From NCBI GenBank assembly GCA_963792245.1, contig CAWBVO010000028.1, forward strand, positions 3,103-67,102: DNA of 64,000 nt, read 5' to 3'. Below, in pieces: positions 8,849-19,135 of this stretch. This DNA is from an uncultured Actinomycetes bacterium (GTDB lineage Bacteria > Actinomycetota > Thermoleophilia > Gaiellales > Gaiellaceae). Both the position numbers and the translations under genes were made by a program. Below the pieces are notes generated by a model that was not told where the DNA came from, made no database searches, and was given only the letters and a program-made list of their open reading frames with translations. Position 1 is the first letter of the stretch; each line of letters begins with the position of its first letter.

Positions 8849-10504
8849 TCATCGGCGACTCGTCCGCGCGCACCGCTCACAGAGCGGGAACCAGGGCGGG
8901 CAGCTTCGGCCGCACGACCGACAGCGACCGATCTTCCCGTCCCGAACCTCGACGGCGAGCCGCTTGACCACGCGTTCGGCGGCCACTCGCTCGAGCTCCG
9001 CGGCACGCTCGATCGTCACGCCGCCGACGCCCGGATACTGGAGAGCGAACCAGCGGAGCATCGCCGCCACACGGCCGGCCTCCTCAGCCTCCTCGAGAGT
9101 CGCATCGCGGAGGCGGGACGAATCGAGCAGGAACTGAAGGAGCGGCCGTTGTGCGCGGTCGCCCGAGACGGCGAGCGCCAGGAGGCCGAGCAGCTCGGCA
9201 CCGTCCGGATCGATGGGGGCGTTCGCAAGCCGCCACGTGTCGTCGAGCTGGAGCTGCCGTCCACGCTCGCGCAGGTGCCGCTGGACGACCGCCAGGCGGC
9301 CTCTGAGCGGCTGCAGGGACTCGACGGCGAGCCAGCTCTCGTGCGCCCACTGGCGCGTCGCAACGCGATGCCACGCGCCGAGGGCGGCATCGAGATCGCG
9401 CGGATCGTCGACGCCGAGATCGCCGAGCCGCGGCCCGATCCGCGCCTCGTCGACGATGCGATAGCCCCGATGCCCGTCGGGGAGCGCGACGTGCGGTTCG
9501 AGCGCGGACTCGACGAGCGAGGGGTCGGCGCTCGCCCAGGAGATCCCGACGAGGACGCCCACGTGACCGCGCTCGACGAGCCCGAACCTCCCCGCCCGGC
9601 CGGCGATCTGGGCGATCTCCCACGGCAGCAGGTCGCGCCGCTGGACCCCGTCGAACTTCGTCGTCTCCGCGAAGAGCAGGGTCTCGCACGGCAGGTTGAC
9701 GCCGTGTCCGAGCACGTCGGTTGCGACGCAGGCATCCGCCGCCCCGGAGAGGAAGCGGTCGATCTCCTCGCGTCGCGATGCGAGCGGCATCGCCCCGTAC
9801 AGCACCGCGACGCGACCGGGGTGAAGCCGGTCGAGCTCGCCCGCGAGCGCGAGCACGGCCTTGCGACTGAAGGCGACGACCACCGTGCCCGCCGTGAGAG
9901 CGCGCAGCTGGCGCGCCCCGACGAACTCGAGCGGCAGCTTGCGCTCGTGCACGCGGAGCTCCGCGTCGGGGAACGCCCGGCGGACGAGCGGGAGCGCGTC
10001 GAGCGCCCCGAGCAGCCGCACGTGCCGGTAGTCCCCGGCGAGGAGCAGCTCCGTCCATGCCGCTCCGCGTTCCTCGTCGTCGGCCCACTGGACCTCGTCG
10101 AGCACGAGCGCCTCGCCCGATCCGGGCGCCATCTCGACCGTGCAGCAGAGGATCGGGGCCGTGTCGTTCAGGCGCTCCTCCCCGGTCACGAGCCCGACCC
10201 GATCCTCCCCGAGAAGCGCCGAAAGCCTCCGGTGCGCCTCCTGCGCGAGCATCCGCAGGGGTCCGGCGTAGACGCCTCGGCCGTGCTCGGCGAGGAACGC
10301 GAGCGCATCGTGCGTCTTGCCGGAGTTCGTCGGGCCCAGGTGGGCGACGACCGTTTCCGGCGGACGCCGTCGCTCGGGCAGCCGGATCTCGATCTGGCCC
10401 TCCGCGCGCTTCACCGCCGCGCGCTTGTACGCCCCCGTGGCGCGGGCATGGCGGGCCGCGCGCGACGGCCGCCGCGGCGGTCGTGAGCGACGGGAGCGGG
10501 CCAT
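8849..10504 (-). CDS. SUV3-like SF2 helicase with C-terminal Zn ribbon
   Basis: HLGPTNSGKT, VYAGPLRMLAQE, GLVTGEE, CCTVEM, DEVQ, VVAFSRK, ATDVLGHGVNL, QIAGRAGRFG; C-terminal CRSC...CERC. Confidence 0.85.
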   Translation of the reverse strand: MARSRRSRPPRRPSRAARHARATGAYKRAAVKRAEGQIEIRLPERRRPPETVVAHLGPTNSGKTHDALAFLAEHGRGVYAGPLRMLAQEAHRRLSALLGEDRVGLVTGEERLNDTAPILCCTVEMAPGSGEALVLDEVQWADDEERGAAWTELLLAGDYRHVRLLGALDALPLVRRAFPDAELRVHERKLPLEFVGARQLRALTAGTVVVAFSRKAVLALAGELDRLHPGRVAVLYGAMPLASRREEIDRFLSGAADACVATDVLGHGVNLPCETLLFAETTKFDGVQRRDLLPWEIAQIAGRAGRFGLVERGHVGVLVGISWASADPSLVESALEPHVALPDGHRGYRIVDEARIGPRLGDLGVDDPRDLDAALGAWHRVATRQWAHESWLAVESLQPLRGRLAVVQRHLRERGRQLQLDDTWRLANAPIDPDGAELLGLLALAVSGDRAQRPLLQFLLDSSRLRDATLEEAEEAGRVAAMLRWFALQYPGVGGVTIERAAELERVAAERVVKRLAVEVRDGKIGRCRSCGRSCPPWFPLCERCARTSRR

Positions 10505-10538
10505 CTCGACGGGACGAGCGGCGCGGGTCGCGAAGCCG

Positions 10539-11423
10539 CTAGACCTTGAGGTAGCGGCGCAGCGTCATGCCGGAGCCGACGGCGCCGACCACGAGGCCGA
10601 CAGCGAGAAGGATCAGCGCGATCATCGTGAAGCCGAGCGCCTGGACGTCGTTCGACGAGTCGATGTGACCGAGGATCGCGGGCAGCGCGGCCTCCTTGCC
10701 GATCAGCAGGAGGACGACCGCCGCGAACGCGCCCGCCACCCCGCACAGGAGCCCTTCGACCATGAACGGCCCGCGCACGAACCAGTTCGTCGCACCGACG
10801 AGCTTCATCACCTCGATCTCGCGTCGGCGCGAGAAGATCGACAGGCGGATCGTGTTCGCGATCAGCAGCACGGAGGCCGCGAGCAGGACGACGACGGCGA
10901 CGAGGAAGACGATCTCGATCACGCGGGCGACCTGGAGGATCCGCTTCGACGTCTGCTGGCCGTCCTTCACCCGATCGACCCCGGCGAAGGTCCGGCCCCG
11001 GATCGATGCCGACAGCTCCTTCACCTGCTCGGCGTGGGTGGGCGTGACCTCGTAGGAGTCGGGCAGCGGGTTCGACGGGAGGTTCGCGGTCAGCTCGGGG
11101 TACTTCTGCTGCATGCGGTGGAGCGCCTCGGCGCGAGAGATGAACTGGTAGTCCTTGATCTTCCCGTCGGTCTCGAGGCGGCGGAGGTACGTGCCGACGG
11201 CGTTGACCTGCGTCGGCTTGACGCTCTCGACGAAGAAGACCTTCACCTCGAGCTGGTCCTTGACGTGATCCGACCAGGAGACGACCCACGAGCCGAGCGC
11301 GATCAGAAGTCCGAGAAGGAACATCCCGATCAGGACGGTCATCGTCGCGGCGAAGGAGGTCGACAGGTTCGACCCGATCGACCGGAACGCCTCGGAGACG
11401 ACGAGCTTCAGGCGGCTGGTCAC
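10539..11423 (-). CDS. ftsX: cell division permease FtsX
   Basis: NPLPDSY, NTIRLSIFSRRREIEVMKLVGATNWFVRGPF; directly after ftsE. Confidence 0.94.
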   Translation of the reverse strand: MTSRLKLVVSEAFRSIGSNLSTSFAATMTVLIGMFLLGLLIALGSWVVSWSDHVKDQLEVKVFFVESVKPTQVNAVGTYLRRLETDGKIKDYQFISRAEALHRMQQKYPELTANLPSNPLPDSYEVTPTHAEQVKELSASIRGRTFAGVDRVKDGQQTSKRILQVARVIEIVFLVAVVVLLAASVLLIANTIRLSIFSRRREIEVMKLVGATNWFVRGPFMVEGLLCGVAGAFAAVVLLLIGKEAALPAILGHIDSSNDVQALGFTMIALILLAVGLVVGAVGSGMTLRRYLKV

Positions 11424-11427
11424 GCGC

Positions 11428-12213
11428 TCACTCGGTCTCGTAGCCGCCGCGGCGCTCGTCGCGCACGACCTTGCCGCTGTCGAGCGCGATCACGCGCTTG
11501 CGCATCTTGTCGACCATCTCGCGGTCGTGCGTGACCATGAGGATCGTGGTGCCGGCGGTGTTGATCCGGTGGAGCAGCTGCATGATCCCGACCGACGTGT
11601 CGGGATCGAGGTTCCCGGTGGGCTCGTCACAGATCAGGAGCGCTGGGTGGTTGACGACGGCGCGCGCGATCGAGACGCGCTGCTGCTCCCCGCCCGAGAG
11701 CTCGTCCGGGCGAGACCCGGCCTTGTGCGCGAGCCCGACGAGCGCGAGCACCTCCGGCACCTTCCGCCGGATCGACGTCGTCGACTCGCCCTGGACCCGA
11801 AGCGCGTACGCGACGTTCTCGAACGCCGACCGGTCGCGGAGGAGCTTGAAGTCCTGGAAGACGCAGCCGACGTTGCGGCGCAGCATCGGCACCTTCGACC
11901 GCTTGAGGCGGGTCAGGTCGCGCCCTCCGACGAGGATGCGCCCGCTCGTCGGCTCGAGCTCCTTGAGCAGCAGTCGGATGATGGTCGACTTCCCCGAGCC
12001 GGAGGGGCCGACGACGAAGACGAACTCGCCTTTCTCGATCACGAAGGACGCCCGCTGGAGCGCAACGACGTCCGGGTCGTAGACCTTGCGGACGTCCTCG
12101 AACACGATCATCGCCGACGAGGACGGCGGACGTTGGCCGTTCGTCGTCGCGACGTCCGGCCCCTCGAGGAGCGCGGCCGACGCGTCTGAGGTGGATGTGA
12201 GGAGATCGTCCAT
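11428..12213 (-). CDS. ftsE: cell division ATP-binding protein FtsE (alternative start 12111)
   Basis: [47 protein letters not shown]. Confidence 0.95.
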   Translation of the reverse strand: MDDLLTSTSDASAALLEGPDVATTNGQRPPSSSAMIVFEDVRKVYDPDVVALQRASFVIEKGEFVFVVGPSGSGKSTIIRLLLKELEPTSGRILVGGRDLTRLKRSKVPMLRRNVGCVFQDFKLLRDRSAFENVAYALRVQGESTTSIRRKVPEVLALVGLAHKAGSRPDELSGGEQQRVSIARAVVNHPALLICDEPTGNLDPDTSVGIMQLLHRINTAGTTILMVTHDREMVDKMRKRVIALDSGKVVRDERRGGYETE

Positions 12214-12302
12214 AACCGGGCGAGAGAGCGTTCGACGCGACCTCCCTCCCGAGGCCGCTCCGGTTCAGGTTCGCCCCAGTGTAGCCGAGTCCTGTCGCCG
12301 AC

Positions 12303-13407
12303 CTAGGCCTTTCCGGCGGCCCGGGCGAGCAGGTAGGCCTGGACGAGACCGTCGAGGTCGCCGTCGAGCACGCCCTGGGCGTTGCCGACCTCGAAGTCCG
12401 TCCGGTGGTCCTTCACCATCTGGTACGGCTGCAGGACGTAGCTGCGGATCTGGCTTCCGAAGCCGACGTCGACCTTGCTCCCCCGCTCCTTCGCAAGCTC
12501 CTTTTCCCGCTCTTCCTCCGCGAGCTCGGCGAGCCTCGAGCGGAGCATCCGCATCGCCGTCTGCTTGTTCGACGCCTGCGAGCGCTCGTTCTGGCACTGC
12601 ACGACGATCCCGGTCGGGAGGTGGGTGATCCGCACGGCGGAGTCCGTCTTGTTGACGTGCTGGCCGCCTGCGCCACTCGCCCGGTACGTGTCGATCCGCA
12701 GGTCGCCCTCGTCGATCTCGACGTCTTCCGTGTCCGGCAGGAGCGGCGCGACCACGACCTGCGCGAACGCCGTGTGGCGCCGGTGCGCCGAGTCGAACGG
12801 CGAGAGCCGCACGAGCCGGTGGACCCCGCGCTCGGCCTTGAACAATCCGTAGGCGTTCTCGCCGCGGACGAACAGCGTTGCCGACTTCAGGCCGGCCTCC
12901 TCGCCGGGGCTCGCCTCGATGAGCTCGGTCCGGAGGCCGCGGTCGGCGGTCCAGCGGAGATACATCCGAAGGAGTATCTCCGCCCAGTCCTGCGCGTCGG
13001 TGCCGCCCGTGCCCGCGGCGATCGTCACGACCGCGTCGCCGACGTCGTACTCGCCGTTGAACAAGGCCTCCTCCTGGAGTCGTGCGAGCTCGTCGCGGAC
13101 GGGCACGACCTGCTCGGCCACCTCGGCCTCCAGCCCCGGCTCGAGCGACAGGAGCTCGGACGCGTCGTCGATCTCGCGACGGAGGGCCTCGTAGCGCTCG
13201 AGGCGCCGCGACACGCGGGAATGCTCCGTCGACACGCGGGCCGCTTCCGACTGGTCGTCCCAGAAGTCGGGAGCCCTCATCCGCTCCTCGAGCTCGACGC
13301 GTCTGCGCGTCAACCCATCCGGGTCAAAGGTAGTCACGGACCCAGGCGAGCTGGGCCCCGAGCTCCGCGAGCTGGTCGGCGACGGGTCTGTCGTCGGTGA
13401 CTGCCAC
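12303..13407 (-). CDS. prfB: peptide chain release factor 2, +1 programmed frameshift
   Basis: ORF1 MAVTDD...AWVRDYL (GTG 13407) ends CTT TGA C. The +1 frame continues DPDGL...FWDD and carries SPF and GGQ motifs. Confidence 0.95.
13323..13329 (-). other. prfB +1 ribosomal frameshift site CTT TGA C
   Basis: TAC CTT TGA CCC at codon 27, matching the canonical RF2 slippery site and position. Confidence 0.9.
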
Positions 13408-13417
13408 GAGCGCGATC

Positions 13418-14140
13418 CTACCGGCTGGTCGACGGGCGCTCATGTCCCCCGTGGGCGGGTGACGCCTCGCGGGCGGGCGGAGGTGCGCCGCCACGGCGAC
13501 GACGAAGTTGCCTATCCACGAGAAGGCAGACGGCGAGCCAGGCCAGTCCGAGTGCCGCACCGGCAAGGACGTCCGAGACGTAGTGGACGTTGAGCACGAC
13601 GCGGCTCGCGCCGATCAGGGCGCCGATCACGAACCCCACACCGATCGCCGCGACGCGCCGCCGTCGCGTGTGCGAGGCGGTCGCGGCGAGAAGGCCGAGC
13701 AGGCCGAAGACCGCGATGCCGGTCGCCGCGTGACCGCTCGGGAACGAGTAGGACGAGGGCAGCCGGATCGCGCTGCCCACGTCCGGCCGCGGTCTTGCGT
13801 ACGCGTGCTTCGCCGTGAAGACGAGCACCTGGATGCCGAGAGCGACGACGACGAGGAGCGCGGCCTCGACGCGCGCGTGCCGCCTGAACAGCCAGATGGC
13901 CGCGGCCGCGACGACGACCGTGACGCCGACCGCGCCACCGAGCCAGGTGAACGGGCGCGCGAGCCACTCCGCCCAGGAGGGCATGGAACGCGCAACCCAG
14001 TCGGCCACGTCGGCGTCCAGCTCGCTCAGTCGTCCGGCGTCGACAACGTCGGCGGCGACGGCCGCGAACGCGAGAAGCGCGGGGATCAGGACGAGGAGCA
14101 GCAGCTGGGTCGAGACGCCGAGCCGCTCCAGACTCGGCAC
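13418..14140 (-). CDS. PAP2-family membrane phosphatase
   Basis: K...RPRP, SFPSGHA and SRVVLNVHYVSDV catalytic motifs; GTG 14140 is the likely start. Confidence 0.87.
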   Translation of the reverse strand: MPSLERLGVSTQLLLLVLIPALLAFAAVAADVVDAGRLSELDADVADWVARSMPSWAEWLARPFTWLGGAVGVTVVVAAAAIWLFRRHARVEAALLVVVALGIQVLVFTAKHAYARPRPDVGSAIRLPSSYSFPSGHAATGIAVFGLLGLLAATASHTRRRRVAAIGVGFVIGALIGASRVVLNVHYVSDVLAGAALGLAWLAVCLLVDRQLRRRRGGAPPPAREASPAHGGHERPSTSR

Positions 14141-14455
14141 GTTCCCGCCGGCGAGCCCTGGTACATCCGACTCCCCGCGCGCCCCCAGGGGGGCGGGATG
14201 GCCCCCTGGAGTCACGGTATCGAGAGAGTCGTCACGTATCTGTGCCGACACTGTGCCCCGTTCGTGACCGCATCACGGGCACCGTCTGTGCGGCTGCATC
14301 GCGGGTCGACGCATGGCCACCGATTCCGTGGGGCGGCTCGCGACGACGAGGAACTCATCTGAGGACATGAGGCAAAGCCGAAGCCATACGCCTCCCCGTG
14401 CACTCCGCCCCCTGTACGCGGTGCTCCTCTCGCTCGCCCGGAGCGCCGACGGGGC

Positions 14456-17116
14456 CTACGCACCGTGGCAGCGCTTGTACTTCTTGCCCGAGCCGCACCA
14501 GCACGGGTCGTTGCGCCCGATGTCGCGATGCTCGTTCACCGCCGGCCTGGGCGACCCCATCGACGTGGTCTCGGGTGGCGGCGCGACTGCGGTCGCGAGC
14601 CCGCCGCCTGCGGCGGCGATCGCGTCCGCGCCCTGCAGCTGCTCGTGCTCGTACGCGAGCCCCTGGGGTGCGGCGGCCGGCTGGAGCTGCTCGGCGTCGT
14701 CCGGCTCGACCTCGACGTGGAAGAGCGTCAGCACGACCTCCTCGCGGATGGCGCGCCCCAGCTCCTCGAACATCGCGTGCCCCTCGCCGCGGTACTCGAC
14801 CAGCGGATCCTTCTGCGCCATCGCCCGCAGGTGGACGCCCTCCCGGAGGTAGTCCATCGATTCGAGGTGCTCGCGCCAGCGGGTGTCGACGATCCGGAGG
14901 ATCACGTAGCGCTCGATCTCGCGCGTCATCTCCGGCGTGAACGCCTCCTCGCGCTCCGCGTACGTGTCGAGTGCATCGCCCACGAACTCCTCGATCAACG
15001 CCTCACGGCTCTCGACGTCGATCTCCTCGCCGAGCTCCTCGACCGTGATGTCGGTGCCGTAGAGCGCGTGCATCTGGGCGACGAGGCCCGTGAGGTCCCA
15101 TTCGTCGGAGGTCTCCGCGTCCGTGAACTGGGTGACGTTCGCCGCCACGACGTCCTCGATCCACTGACGGATCTCGTCCGAGAGGTCGTCGCCCGCGAGC
15201 ACGTGGCTCCGCTGCTCGTAGATGACCATGCGCTGCGTGTTCATCACGTCGTCGTACTTGAGGACGTTCTTGCGCGAGACGAAGTTCTGCTCCTCGACCT
15301 TCTTCTGCGCGTTTTCGATCTGACGCGAGAGGATCGAGGCCTCCATGGGCTGGTCGTCCGGGATCTTGAAGCGCTCCATGATCCCGTGGATCCGGTCGCC
15401 GGCGAACAGGCGGACGAGGTCGTCCTGCGCGGAGAGGTAGAAGCGGGTCTCCCCGGGATCTCCCTGGCGGCCGGAGCGGCCGCGCAGCTGGTTGTCGATC
15501 CGGCGCGACTCGTGGCGCTCCGTCCCGAGGACGTAGAGCCCGCCGCGCTCGCGCACACCCTCGCCGAGCTTGATGTCGACGCCGCGGCCGGCCATGTTCG
15601 TCGCGATGGTGACCGCGCCCGGCTGGCCGGCGTCCGTGATGATCTCGCCCTCCCGCTCGTGCTCTTTCGCGTTCAGGACGTTGTGAGGGATCCCGCGGCG
15701 CGTGAGGAGCTCGGAGAGGTACTCGGAGGTCTCGACGGCGATCGTGCCGACCAGCACGGGCTGGCCGTCCTCGTGGCGCTCGACGATGTCCTCGAGCACC
15801 GCGTTCCACTTGGCCTCCTTCGACTTGAAGATGTAGTCGTTCTCGTCGGCGCGCGCGACGGCGACGTTGGTCGGGATCTCGATGACGTGGAGGTTGTAGA
15901 TCTCGACGAACTCCTTCTCCTCCGTCTTCGCGGTGCCGGTCATGCCGGCGAGCTTCTCGTAGAGGCGGAAGTAGTTCTGGAGCGTGATCGTCGCGAGCGT
16001 GACGTTCTCCTCGCGGATCGGCACGCCCTCCTTCGCCTCGATCGCCTGGTGCAGGCCCTCGCTCCAGCGGCGCCCCTCCATGATGCGGCCGGTGAACTCG
16101 TCGACGATCTTGACCTCGCCGTCCTGCACGACGTAGTCGACGTCTCGCTTGTACAGGGACTCGGCCTTCAGCGCCTGCGTCAGGTGGTTGACGAGCTGCA
16201 CGTTGCGCGTGTCGTAGAGATTGTCGATCCGCAGCGCACGCTCGACCTTGTCGAGCGCCGACTGCGCCGGCGACACGGTCTTGAACTTCTCGTCGAAGAG
16301 GTAATCGGCGCCCGACAGCTCGGTCTCGTCCTCGCCCTTCATGACCTTCCGGGTGAGGGGCGCCCCCTCCAGCTCGCGGACGACGCGCGCGAAGTCGTAG
16401 TACGTCTTGGCCGCGGTCTCGGGCTCGCCGGAGATGATCAGCGGCGTGCGCGCCTCGTCGATCAGAATCGAGTCGACCTCGTCCACGATCGCGTACACGT
16501 GGCCGCGCTGCACCGTCCCCTCGAGCGACACCGCCATGTTGTCGCGCAGGTAGTCGAACCCGAACTCGGAGTTCGTCCCGTACGTGATGTCGGACGCGTA
16601 CGCGTCCCTACGGCTCGCGAACGGCATCATGTTCTCGATCCAGGCGACGGTCACGCCGAGACGGTCGTAGACGGGCTTGTTCCACTCGGCGTCGCGCTTC
16701 GCGAGGTAGTCGTTGACCGTCACGAGGTGGACGTTGTTGCCGGTCAGGGCGTTCAGGTAGAGCGGCGCACTCGCGACGAACGTCTTCCCCTCGCCGGTCT
16801 TCATCTCGGCGATGTCGCCCTCGTGGAGCGCGATCCCGCCCATCAGCTGGACGTCGAAGAGCCGCTGCCCCGACTCGCGCTTGCGCGCCTCACGGACGGC
16901 GGCAAATGCCTCGTACAGCACGTCGTCGAGCGACTCGCCGTTTGCGACCCGCTCCTTGAGCTCGACGGTCTTCGCGAGCAGCTCGGCGTCGGTGAGCACC
17001 TCGAAGTCGGGCTCGAGCGAGGTGATGTATGCCGCCTGCTCGGCGAGGCGCTTGAGGCGCCTCCCCTCACCGAGGCGCAGGACCTTCTCGAAGCGACCGA
17101 AGCCTTCCGGGGGCAT
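14456..17116 (-). CDS. secA: preprotein translocase ATPase SecA
   Basis: [39 protein letters not shown]-terminal [23 protein letters not shown]. Confidence 0.98.
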   Translation of the reverse strand: MPPEGFGRFEKVLRLGEGRRLKRLAEQAAYITSLEPDFEVLTDAELLAKTVELKERVANGESLDDVLYEAFAAVREARKRESGQRLFDVQLMGGIALHEGDIAEMKTGEGKTFVASAPLYLNALTGNNVHLVTVNDYLAKRDAEWNKPVYDRLGVTVAWIENMMPFASRRDAYASDITYGTNSEFGFDYLRDNMAVSLEGTVQRGHVYAIVDEVDSILIDEARTPLIISGEPETAAKTYYDFARVVRELEGAPLTRKVMKGEDETELSGADYLFDEKFKTVSPAQSALDKVERALRIDNLYDTRNVQLVNHLTQALKAESLYKRDVDYVVQDGEVKIVDEFTGRIMEGRRWSEGLHQAIEAKEGVPIREENVTLATITLQNYFRLYEKLAGMTGTAKTEEKEFVEIYNLHVIEIPTNVAVARADENDYIFKSKEAKWNAVLEDIVERHEDGQPVLVGTIAVETSEYLSELLTRRGIPHNVLNAKEHEREGEIITDAGQPGAVTIATNMAGRGVDIKLGEGVRERGGLYVLGTERHESRRIDNQLRGRSGRQGDPGETRFYLSAQDDLVRLFAGDRIHGIMERFKIPDDQPMEASILSRQIENAQKKVEEQNFVSRKNVLKYDDVMNTQRMVIYEQRSHVLAGDDLSDEIRQWIEDVVAANVTQFTDAETSDEWDLTGLVAQMHALYGTDITVEELGEEIDVESREALIEEFVGDALDTYAEREEAFTPEMTREIERYVILRIVDTRWREHLESMDYLREGVHLRAMAQKDPLVEYRGEGHAMFEELGRAIREEVVLTLFHVEVEPDDAEQLQPAAAPQGLAYEHEQLQGADAIAAAGGGLATAVAPPPETTSMGSPRPAVNEHRDIGRNDPCWCGSGKKYKRCHGA

Positions 17117-17215
17117 GGTCGAAGGGTACCGGGTTCGCGGGGCTCCACCCGGCGGCCCACGATTCCAAACCGTCTCATCATGCGGTCTTCACGGAACCGC
17201 ACGCATGATGCGGGC

Positions 17216-18203
17216 GTGCGCCGACTCCTTCTTGCCTCCACGATCGCCGCTGCGCTCGTCGGGACGGGCACGGTCGCCGCTGCGCCGGCATCCGCACCCG
17301 CGCGCACCGTCCAGAACGCCGCGCCCGTCACCGCGCTGTCGGTCACGGGTCGCTCGGTCGGGTATGCGATCGGACAGACGAAGACGAGCTGCGGCGCGGT
17401 AAGGCTCTGGGACACGGGCTCCCGCGGGCTCTGGACATTCGGCAACCGGACCATCGTCGGCTGCGAAGAGAACCCGAGCGGCGGCTTCGGGATCTCCTCT
17501 GTCGCCGCCACGGGCCATCGAGTGCTCTGGCTCACGCACATCGGCGGCAACACCACGGACTACCAGCTCTGGACGGCGACGCCCACGCGCCCGGCGCCAC
17601 GACGGCTGGCCTTCGCATCCTCGGACACCGACGGCCCGGCGGCGATCGTCCTCGGCAGCGGCACGGCGGAGGGTGTGCCCTACGCCGTGGGCGAGACGGT
17701 CACGTACGTCGGCAGCAGCCGGCGCGCGGCTGTTCCAGGTCCAGCTCGACTCGCCGGTGCGCCTGCTGACGGCGGGTACGGCACTCGGAGGGCCGGACAG
17801 CGGCAGCGTGCTCGCGGCGCTCGCGAACGGGAAGGTGGTGGAACTCTCCCGGTCGGGGGCGCAGCTTCGCGCCGACACCTTCTCCGCCCCGGTCCGCGCG
17901 ATTGCTCTCGCGACCCTCGGTCCCGTCGTGCAGGCGGGGAACGTCGTCACGGTCGAGGTCTCCTCGACGGTGACTCGCGTCACGCTTCCCCCGAATGCGC
18001 TGATGCTCGACTACCGGCAGCGCGCGATCGCCTACCGGCTCGGAGCCCAGCTCCGACTCCGCCGCGTCGGCACGGGCGAGGACACGTTGCTCGGGACGTT
18101 CCCGGTGAAGCCCTGGCAGCCGCTCCTCTTCTCGACCGACACGGCGGGAAGCGCCTCGGCGATGGGCGCCACCGTCAGCTGGCGCTCCGGGCCGCTCGGC
18201 TGA
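17216..18203 (+). CDS. secreted beta-rich hypothetical protein, split by a +1 frameshift near 17720
   Basis: Signal peptide MRRLLLASTIAAALVG...AAAPA; protein-like sequence continues in the next frame (GARLFQVQLDSP...SGPLG). Confidence 0.68.
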
Positions 18204-18230
18204 CGTCCCCGGGGACGCTGCGCCGCGCGA

Positions 18231-18716
18231 CTACAACGGCGCCACCGACACCTCCCAGACCGACCCCACGAGACGCCACGCCGTGACGACGTAGGCCGGG
18301 CTTCTCGAGGCACCGAGGCGCTCGAGGTCGGGCACGCCGGCGAGGGTCGGTGTCCCGTCGATCCTCACGCTCCGCTCCGTCCCGTCCCACGCGATCTCGA
18401 CCCGGTCGCCGCCGGGATCGTCCGCAAGAACCGCCGTCCGGATCCGCGTCGCCCCGACGACCCAGATCCCGCCGTCGCGACGGACGGCCTCGGCCCGAAA
18501 CGGCGGCGCGAGTGCGACGGACGACTCGAGCGCCGCGGGGTCTCCCACCCCGTCCTCCGATACGACGGCGCCGCCCTCGAGCACGACGAACGTCATCTCG
18601 TCACCCTCGACCAGGGGCGCGTCGACGGTCGCGACTGCGTCCCACCGGCGGTGTCGATGGAGGCCGTGGATCCCGACCTCTCCCCAGTACGGCCCCGGAT
18701 CGTGTGGAAGCCGCAC
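18231..18716 (-). CDS. hypothetical protein
   Basis: GTG start 2 nt after the hpf stop; 161 aa with GC3-rich codons. Confidence 0.68.
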   Translation of the reverse strand: MRLPHDPGPYWGEVGIHGLHRHRRWDAVATVDAPLVEGDEMTFVVLEGGAVVSEDGVGDPAALESSVALAPPFRAEAVRRDGGIWVVGATRIRTAVLADDPGGDRVEIAWDGTERSVRIDGTPTLAGVPDLERLGASRSPAYVVTAWRLVGSVWEVSVAPL

Positions 18717-18717
18717 C

Positions 18718-19101
18718 TCAGTCAGGGCCGCGGAGCGCCTGCTCGATCTCCTCGACGGTGACCGGCTCGGGAGGCTGCGCCTCGTGCGCCCGCCGACGGG
18801 GCTCCTGCACCTTCTTGTCGCGCTCGCGCTCGATGATGCGCTCCAGCCGGTCGATGAGCAGGTCGGTCGCCGCCTCGTAGGACGGCGCGGCCTCCCGGCC
18901 ATGGAGATTCGGGCCCTTGACGTGGATCTCGACCTCGACGACGTGGTCGTCGGCGATCCGCGGATTGCGCTCGCGGTCGAGGACGACCTCGACGAGAGTC
19001 GATTCGTGGACGCGCTTCCCGAGCTTGGTGAACTTCGACTCGATGTAGCTCCGAACGTCGTCGTTCACGTGTCCACGCCGCACCGTGACAACCAGTCGCA
19101 T
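18718..19101 (-). CDS. hpf: ribosome hibernation factor HPF/RaiA (short form)
   Basis: Sits in the comF-hpf-secA context; VRSYIESKFTKL...EVEIHVKG..LHGRE..YEAATDLLIDRLER pattern; GAGGAGG RBS. Confidence 0.82.
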   Translation of the reverse strand: MRLVVTVRRGHVNDDVRSYIESKFTKLGKRVHESTLVEVVLDRERNPRIADDHVVEVEIHVKGPNLHGREAAPSYEAATDLLIDRLERIIERERDKKVQEPRRRAHEAQPPEPVTVEEIEQALRGPD

Positions 19102-19135
19102 GGCGCCTCCTCGTCGGCAGTCCCTCGCTCAAACG

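Noticed and set aside
14340-14385. c-di-GMP-I riboswitch (GCAAAGCC)
   Set aside because: The required upstream GG(C/U)AAA-stem-GNRA-stem-GAC architecture is absent.
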